NCBI GenBank assembly: GCA_026129165.1
Contig: JAHCIP010000001.1
Coordinates: 13,766 to 77,765 of the forward strand
Source: Anaerolineae bacterium
GTDB lineage: Bacteria > Chloroflexota > Anaerolineae > Epilineales > JAHCIE01
Reading direction: 5' to 3'
DNA length: 64,000 nt
Shown here: positions 34,573-41,065 of the stretch, one piece after another
How the letters are laid out: each line of letters begins with the position of its first letter
Numbering within the stretch: the stretch's first letter is position 1
Program-made: the position numbers and the translations under genes
The notes under the pieces: generated by a model
What the model was told of the DNA's origin: nothing
Databases searched by the model: none
What the model saw: only the letters and a program-made list of their open reading frames with translations

Positions 34573-36459
34573 ATGACAATCGAAGCATATGTGGGACGAG
34601 GAGGTGAGGAGAGCGCCATGTTGAGTACGATGCCGACGGTTTTAACCGAGCGCCAGGGCGAACTGTGGCGCGACGAGCGCCGCCTGCTGGAACGCCTGCT
34701 CAGCCTGCTGAGCCGCTGGGAGACGTCGGCCGACGAACTGGCCGTGCTGCGGCAGGCGCTGGCCCAATTGGACGAGCTGTTCTTACTGGTCATCGCGGGC
34801 GAGTTCAACAGCGGCAAGACCGCCCTCATCAACGCCCTGCTGGGCGAGCGTTACCTCACGGAAGGCGTGACGCCAACTACCGCCGAAATTCACCTGCTCC
34901 GCTACGGCGACAAAGGCCCCGGCCAGCGCGAACGGGGCCTGCTCATCATGACCTACCCCGCGCCCTTCCTGCGCGAGATTAACGTCGTGGACACGCCGGG
35001 GACCAATGCCATCCTGCGTGAACACGAGGAGATTACCCGCGAGTTCGTCCCCCGTAGCGACCTCGTCCTGTTCGTCACCTCGGCCGACCGCCCGTTCACC
35101 GAGAGTGAACGCAACTTCCTGACCGCCATCCGTGACTGGGGCAAAAAGATTGTCATCGTCATCAACAAGATTGACATCTTCGAGACAGCCGAGGAACAGG
35201 CCCAGGTGGTCCAGTTCGTGCGCGACAACGCCCGCGGCCTGCTCGGCATCACCCCCGAGGTCTTTCCGCTGTCGGCCCGCCTGGCCCTCCGCGCCAAGGC
35301 CGGGGCGGATGGGGCCGATCTGACGGCTAATCCCTGGTGGCAGGCGAGCCAATTCGAACCCTTCGAACGCTATATCCATGAGACGCTCAACGAGCAGAGC
35401 CGCATCCGCCTCAAGCTGCTGAACCCACTCGGCGTCGGCCTCAAGCTGGTCGGCGACGTGCGCGGCACGATGGAGGAGCGCCGTGTCTTGCTGAGCGATG
35501 ACCTCAAGACGATTGAAGTGGTCGAGCGCCAACTGGTCACGTACCGCGAGGATATGCAGGCCGAGTTCGAGCGCCGCTTCGACCGGGTGGACAACACCAT
35601 CCTGGAGATGCGGGTGCGCGGCGAGGAGTTCTTTGACGAACGGCTCCGCCTGCGCCGCGCCTTCGACCTGCTCAACTCGGGCCGCCTGGCCGAGGACTTT
35701 GAACGCATCGTCGTGGCCGATACCCCCCAGGTCGTCGAGAACCAGGTGCAAGCCATGATTGACTGGATGGTGGAGCGTGAGATGCGGGAGTGGCGAGTCA
35801 TTGCCCGCGAATTGAGCCGCCGCCAGAAGACGGAGTTTCTGGGCAGCGCGGCCAGCGAGGCGGCGGGCGGCTTCGAGTACAACCGCCGCGAGTTGCTGGA
35901 TAGTGTCGGGAAAACGGCTGTCCAGGTGGTATCGCGCTACGACCGTCAGGTGGAGAGCCAGGCCCTGGTCGAAGGGGTGCAGGATGCACTCGCCGGGACC
36001 GCCCTGGTCGGCGTAGGGGCGGTTAGCCTCGGCATCATCCTGCATGCCCTGCTTGCCAGCGCCATGGCCGACGCCACGGGCATCCTGGCGGCCAGTGTCA
36101 TCGGCGCCTTAGGGCTGGCGATCCTGCCCTACAAGAAGGGCCAGGCCAAGGCCGACCTGCGCGCCAAGACGGAAGAACTACGCACGGTCCTGCGCGAGTC
36201 GTTGGGCAAGGAATTCGAGAGCCAGTTGGATCGCTCGGTCGAACGGCTCATGGAGGCCCTCGGCCCCTATAGCCGCTTCATCCGCAGCGAACACGAACGG
36301 CTGGTAAGCGTCCAGGCAGAACTGGACGACGTGGGCCAGGGGCTGCGCGACGTGCGCGACCAGATTGACCGCGTCCTGCCCGAGCGGGCGCCCGCGAACG
36401 CGGCGACTCCAACTGGCGTTCTCCAACTTCCCTCTCCCTTTGGAAGAGGATCGGGATGA
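34573..36459 (+). CDS. Bacterial dynamin-like GTPase (BDLP/DynA/LeoA family)
   Basis: 628 aa (start may be M16 at 34618). G1 GEFNSGKTALINALLG, G2/G3 DTPGTN, G4 INKID. Long helical stalk. Hydrophobic paddle near the C-terminus (GTALVGVGAVSLGIILHALLASAMA...ILP). Confidence 0.8.
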   Translation: MTIEAYVGRGGEESAMLSTMPTVLTERQGELWRDERRLLERLLSLLSRWETSADELAVLRQALAQLDELFLLVIAGEFNSGKTALINALLGERYLTEGVTPTTAEIHLLRYGDKGPGQRERGLLIMTYPAPFLREINVVDTPGTNAILREHEEITREFVPRSDLVLFVTSADRPFTESERNFLTAIRDWGKKIVIVINKIDIFETAEEQAQVVQFVRDNARGLLGITPEVFPLSARLALRAKAGADGADLTANPWWQASQFEPFERYIHETLNEQSRIRLKLLNPLGVGLKLVGDVRGTMEERRVLLSDDLKTIEVVERQLVTYREDMQAEFERRFDRVDNTILEMRVRGEEFFDERLRLRRAFDLLNSGRLAEDFERIVVADTPQVVENQVQAMIDWMVEREMREWRVIARELSRRQKTEFLGSAASEAAGGFEYNRRELLDSVGKTAVQVVSRYDRQVESQALVEGVQDALAGTALVGVGAVSLGIILHALLASAMADATGILAASVIGALGLAILPYKKGQAKADLRAKTEELRTVLRESLGKEFESQLDRSVERLMEALGPYSRFIRSEHERLVSVQAELDDVGQGLRDVRDQIDRVLPERAPANAATPTGVLQLPSPFGRGSG

Positions 36460-36604
36460 GGGTCTCACATCGTTGGTGAGCTTTCTAAGACCCTCACCCC
36501 AACCCTCTGCCAGAGGGGAAGGGGCACGTTAAGCGGCATGTAGAAAAGCGCCATAGCGAGAAGGAACCGATTACATCCCAGGGCGGGGGCCAGGAGAACA
36601 CTGT

Positions 36605-37351
36605 ATGCTTCGACACTTGTTCGCCCGCCCGTCGCTCGCCCCCCGCGTCACGCTTGGCCCCGCGCTAGTTCTGCTATTTGGCGTCAGCCTCGTCGCCCCA
36701 GCCTGTCAACCCACCCCAACGCCTCCCCGCCCTACTCTGTCCCCATCGCCAGCTGCCACAGCCCTGCTTGGTGAGGTCAAGACGCTGACGCCTATCGCCG
36801 CGCCAGCCACCGCTACCACTCCTCCCTCCACTGCGACGATCCCACTCCCCACCCTCACCCCCACCTCACTCCCCAGCTTAACCCCCTCGCCGACTGCGAC
36901 GCCAACCCTCGAACCAAAAGCCTGGCTGGCGCAAGCCATGCTCCTAGCGATGAACGCCGAGCGGGCACGGTCCGACGCGGTGACGCCGGCCTTCTCGCAG
37001 GGCCTCGCCCCGGTCAAACCCCAACCTCTGGCGTGGGATGAACGGGTGGCTCGCGTCGCCGACGCCTACGCCCGCGACATGGCGACGCGCGGCTTCTTCA
37101 GCCATACTTCGCCCGAAGGCAAGACGCCCGAGGCCCGACTACGCGACGCCGAAATCGACTTCTCCCTCGCCACCGAGAACATCTACATGGCGCGGGAGCC
37201 CGGCGCGGTTGAGACGGCCATGACCTGGTTCATGCAGGACCAACTCCATCGTGATAGTATCCTGAATCCACGTTATAATCGGACAGGCATCGGCGTCTAT
37301 ATCCAAGACGGTATGGTATACTTCGTCCAAATGTTTATCACCGCCCCCTGA
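36605..37351 (+). CDS. Secreted CAP-domain protein (SCP/PR-1/Tpx-1-like) with Pro/Thr-rich linker
   Basis: 248 aa. Signal peptide. P/T/S/A-rich region. C-terminal CAP motifs (GFFSHTSPEG...; ENIYMAR; HRDSILNPRYNRTGIGV). Confidence 0.75.
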   Translation: MLRHLFARPSLAPRVTLGPALVLLFGVSLVAPACQPTPTPPRPTLSPSPAATALLGEVKTLTPIAAPATATTPPSTATIPLPTLTPTSLPSLTPSPTATPTLEPKAWLAQAMLLAMNAERARSDAVTPAFSQGLAPVKPQPLAWDERVARVADAYARDMATRGFFSHTSPEGKTPEARLRDAEIDFSLATENIYMAREPGAVETAMTWFMQDQLHRDSILNPRYNRTGIGVYIQDGMVYFVQMFITAP

Positions 37352-37361
37352 CAGGCCTACT

Positions 37362-37817
37362 ATGCAACTACCCGCTACGGTCCTGGCCGACCTTTACGCC
37401 CATGCCCGCGACGAGTACCCCCATGAGTGCGTCGGCGTTGTCTGGTCCATCGAAGATGGGCCGGCGACGCGCTGGGAAGCAGTCCGCTTCACCAATATCC
37501 AGGACCAACTTCACGCCCGCAACCCCGATCTCTACCCGCGCACGGCGCGTACGGCCTACACCATCGGCCCGCGCGACTGGCGAGCCTTGGATGCGCGGCT
37601 GGAGGAGCCAGGGACACACCTGGCCGTGATCTATCATTCGCACCCCGACCACGATGCCTACTTCTCGGAAGAGGACACCTACTTCGCGGCCCAGGACGGC
37701 CAGCCCTCCTTCCCCGACACCGTCTATCTCGTCCTATCCGTTCGCCACGGTGAGGTCGTCGGCCACCGCGCCTTCCGCTGGAACCCGGCCCAACAGGCTT
37801 ACGAAGAAGTTATGTAA
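37362..37817 (+). CDS. JAMM/MPN+ (Mov34/PAD-1) family metalloprotease
   Basis: 151 aa. E(x)n HSHP(x)n SxxD JAMM motif: HECVGVV ... VIYHSHPDHDAYFSEED. Confidence 0.8.
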   Translation: MQLPATVLADLYAHARDEYPHECVGVVWSIEDGPATRWEAVRFTNIQDQLHARNPDLYPRTARTAYTIGPRDWRALDARLEEPGTHLAVIYHSHPDHDAYFSEEDTYFAAQDGQPSFPDTVYLVLSVRHGEVVGHRAFRWNPAQQAYEEVM

Positions 37818-37833
37818 ATACCGGAACAACCCC

Positions 37834-39069
37834 TTGCGCAATCGCACCCTCATCCTCTACCTGGCCGGCATCGGCTGTGTCGGCTTCACCGTGGACGGCG
37901 GCATCTACGCCGTCATCTTCAACCTGTTCCTGCTGCGCCTCGGCTATGGCCCCGACTTCATCGGCCTCGTCAGCGCCCTAGGGCTGCTCGTCTTCACGCT
38001 GGTCAGCATCCCGGCGGGACTGCTCGGCGCGCGTAAGGGCACCCGCCGCATGATGCGCCTGGGCATCCTGATCATGATGGTCGCGGCGGGCCTAGGGCCG
38101 CTGGCCGAGTTTGTCCCGGACTCCGCTCGCAGCGGCTGGCTCATTGCCGTGTTCATCGGTCTCAACCTGGGCGTGGCGACCTTCTTCGTCAACGCGCCGC
38201 CCTACCTGATGGCTTCGATCCCGGCCGATCAGCGCGAACGGTTCTTCTCGCGCCAAGTCGCTCTGTGGTCAATAGCGGCCTTCGCGGGCAGCCTGGCCGG
38301 CGGGCTGATCCCCGGCCTCATCGCGCCCTACCTCGGCGTCGGCCTCGACAGCCCTACCCCCTTCCGCTATCCGCTGTTCCTCGCCTCGGTCGCCCTGCTG
38401 CCGGGCCTGCTCGCCGTCTCTGCGCTGCGTGATGTGAGCGGCCTGCCCTCGCCCGACCGCGAGCGCGTCGAGGACACGGGGCCTACCCCTCGCCGGCTGC
38501 TCGTCACACTGGCCCTGGTTCGCATGCTCCAGGTCGGTGGCATCGCCGCCAGCGTGCCCTTCTTCAATGTCTACATGGATAGCGCGCTCCACGTCCCCAC
38601 AGCTCAAATCGGCCTGCTGACCTCGTTGGGCCGGCTGCTTTCCGCGCCCACCGCCCTGCTCACCCCGGTCCTCACAGCCCGCCTGGGCGCGACGCGGACC
38701 GTCTTCTGGTCGTCGCTGGTCAATGCCGTCGCCAACCTGCCCATGGCCTTTCTCCCCCACCCGCTGGTCGGCGGGTTGAGCTTCATCGGCGTCACCTCGA
38801 TTTCGTCCATCCGCTATGCCAGCTTTCTGACCTTCTCGATGAGTGTGGTCTCGGCCCGCGCCCGGTCGGCCCTCAGCGGCATCTCGGAGATGGCGTCGGG
38901 CGTCTGTTTCACCCTCATCTCCCTCGGCGGCGGCCAGATTATCGCCCGCTACGGCTTCCCGCCCTTATTCATCATGGGGACGATGATCAGCCTGGTGGGC
39001 ACGGGCTTGTTCTGGGTCGCGTTCATGGTCAAACGGTCTGCTGTCAGCGAGCCGGTGACTCAGACATAA
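37834..39069 (+). CDS. MFS transporter
   Basis: About 411 aa from in-frame TTG 37834, just after the JAMM stop (no ATG before the first TM). 12 predicted TM helices. MFS signature-like G(x)LGARKGTRRMMRLG between TM2 and TM3. Confidence 0.65.
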   Translation: MRNRTLILYLAGIGCVGFTVDGGIYAVIFNLFLLRLGYGPDFIGLVSALGLLVFTLVSIPAGLLGARKGTRRMMRLGILIMMVAAGLGPLAEFVPDSARSGWLIAVFIGLNLGVATFFVNAPPYLMASIPADQRERFFSRQVALWSIAAFAGSLAGGLIPGLIAPYLGVGLDSPTPFRYPLFLASVALLPGLLAVSALRDVSGLPSPDRERVEDTGPTPRRLLVTLALVRMLQVGGIAASVPFFNVYMDSALHVPTAQIGLLTSLGRLLSAPTALLTPVLTARLGATRTVFWSSLVNAVANLPMAFLPHPLVGGLSFIGVTSISSIRYASFLTFSMSVVSARARSALSGISEMASGVCFTLISLGGGQIIARYGFPPLFIMGTMISLVGTGLFWVAFMVKRSAVSEPVTQT

Positions 39070-39127
39070 TTTACCCTTCCTACCCTTCCCACTCTTCCTA
39101 TTTCTTTCCTTGTCTTCGGAGGACCCC

Positions 39128-40189
39128 ATGCTGCCCGTATTTGACGGCCACAACGACACCCTGCTCAACCTGTACCTGACCCAGCGCGGCGGGGGCCGCA
39201 GCTTCTTCGAGGCCAGCGACCGAGGCCACATTGACCTGCCCCGCGCCCGCGAGGGCGGCTTCGGCGGCGGCTTCTTCGCCTGCTTCACGCCGAACCCTCG
39301 TATGGCCGACATTACCGCCGATGAGGGTCTGATCAAGACCGCCACGGGTTTCGAGTTCCCGCTCGCCGCCCCCATTGACCTGGCCTACGCCCAGCGTACG
39401 ACGTTTGGCCTGGCGGCGCTGCTCTTCCGGCTGGAAGCCCAGTCCGACGGCCAACTCAAGGTGGTGCGGACGGCGGACGAACTGGAAGGGTGTCTGACGA
39501 ATGGTGTCGTGGCCGCCATCTTTCATATCGAGGGCGCGGACGCCATTGACACGGACCTGGACACCCTGGAGGTGCTCTACCAGGCCGGGCTGCGCTCGCT
39601 GGGCATCGTCTGGAGCCGGCCCACCGCCTTCGGCCACGGCGTCCCCTTCCGCTTCCCGTCGTCGCCCGACACCGGCCCCGGCCTGACCGATGCCGGCAAG
39701 GAACTCGTCCGCGCCTGCAATCGCCTGGGTATCATGGTGGACCTATCGCACCTCAACGAGCAGGGCTTCTGGGATGTCGCCGCCCTATCCGACGCGCCCC
39801 TGGTCGCCACCCACTCCAACGCCCACGCCCTGTGTCCCGTGACGCGCAACCTGACCGACAAGCAGCTTGACGCCATCCGCGACTCCGACGGTATGGTGGG
39901 CCTCAACTTCGCCGTGGGCTTCCTACGCGAGGACGGCCTCAACAACGCCGACACGCCGCTGGAGACTATGGTGCGCCACATTGACTACCTGGTGGAGCGC
40001 GTCGGCCTGGACCGCGTTGGCTTCGGCTCCGACTTCGACGGCGCCAGAGTGCCAGCCGACATCAAGGACGTGACGGGTCTACCGAAGCTGCTTGACGCCC
40101 TCCGCGCCGCCGGCTACGACGAGCCGAGCCTGCGCAAGTTGGCCTACGAGAACTGGCTGCGCGTCCTCCGCAAGACCTGGCGAGGGTGA
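39128..40189 (+). CDS. Membrane dipeptidase (peptidase M19, renal-dipeptidase family)
   Basis: MLPVFDGHNDTLL N-terminal motif. HIEGADAID, VDLSHLNEQGFWDV, THSNAHALCP, GFGSDFDG, all typical of M19 dipeptidases. Confidence 0.85.
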   Translation: MLPVFDGHNDTLLNLYLTQRGGGRSFFEASDRGHIDLPRAREGGFGGGFFACFTPNPRMADITADEGLIKTATGFEFPLAAPIDLAYAQRTTFGLAALLFRLEAQSDGQLKVVRTADELEGCLTNGVVAAIFHIEGADAIDTDLDTLEVLYQAGLRSLGIVWSRPTAFGHGVPFRFPSSPDTGPGLTDAGKELVRACNRLGIMVDLSHLNEQGFWDVAALSDAPLVATHSNAHALCPVTRNLTDKQLDAIRDSDGMVGLNFAVGFLREDGLNNADTPLETMVRHIDYLVERVGLDRVGFGSDFDGARVPADIKDVTGLPKLLDALRAAGYDEPSLRKLAYENWLRVLRKTWRG

Positions 40190-40440
40190 ACCTAACCCCC
40201 CGGCCCCCTTTCCTGCTAGGGAAGGGGGAGCAGCCCGGAGTTAACTCCCCTCCCTTTTTAGGGGAGGGGTTGGGGGAGGGGTTCAGCGCGGCCATACCTA
40301 ACCCTCCGACCCCCTTCCCTGGCAAGGAAGGGGGGCAGACCGTTCCGACCCCCCTCCCTTCGTAGGGGAGGGGTTGGGGGAGGGGTCCATCTCCACTCCA
40401 ATCAAGTAAGGCTACCCAAACGATGGGTAGCCTCAGCCGA
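40190..40440. repeat. Two tandem copies of a ~105-bp composite palindromic element, each with a C5TTYCC..GGAAGGGGG hairpin and a CCCCTCCC..GGGGAGGGG hairpin ending in GGGGAGGGGTTGGGGGAGGGG (G-quadruplex-capable)
   Basis: Unit 1 about 40191-40283, unit 2 about 40301-40388. Located between convergent gene ends (dipeptidase stop 40189; small minus-strand gene stop about 40560). Confidence 0.8.
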
Positions 40441-40559
40441 ATCTATTCAGTTTGAGAGCTGATTCCTGAGTACTGACGACCGACGACTGCTCCCCGGGCG
40501 GGCCTTCATCACCGTACACGACAGCGGGCATTTGGCGCATGGTCTTACCCGCCTGGGAC

Positions 40560-40872
40560 TTACCGACGCGCGTTGGTGATTGGCGCGTAGCGCGACCCAT
40601 CCGCTTCGACCGACAACTGGTACTTCCACGCACTGTACCGCTCCTGGGGACTGGGAACCGCGCGGTTCCCACTGCGCCCAACCGTGGCAGAGTACTGGTC
40701 GTGCTGGCGCGCCTTGAAGTCCAGGAAGCGGTCCCGGGCCGCCTGGTACGCGGCGCTCGGCTGCCAGGTATACGTTGGCCCATCCGCCTGGGCCGGCGAC
40801 GTCAATGCTGAGTGGTAGATAAGGGCCACGAGCGCGAACAGGATGGCGAAGAGGGTAGTCTTAGTCTTCATG
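40560..40872 (-). CDS. Small secreted hypothetical protein
   Basis: Starts MKTKTTLFAILFALVALIYHSALTSPAQA (signal peptide) at ATG 40872. The longer ORF-track start would read through a repeat element. Confidence 0.4.
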
Positions 40873-41065
40873 GTCAGGTCCTTTCTGGTGGTTGGTCCTT
40901 TGTCCTCGGTCTTCCGTCTTCCGCCTGCCCCCCGCAATGGGGGGGCCTCCGTCCTCTAGCGTGGCCCCATTGAACCACACCAACGCGCCAAAGTCCTACC
41001 CCTTTTGAGGAGAAAAAGGGGTATAATTGGGGGTATAAAGTTGTCCCAGGGGGTAGACCTGCCAG

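Noticed and set aside
40190-40440. Possible CRISPR array (repeated GGGGAGGGG-containing units)
   Set aside because: Only two tandem units of about 105 bp with internal hairpins and no unique spacers of regular length; no cas genes in the window.
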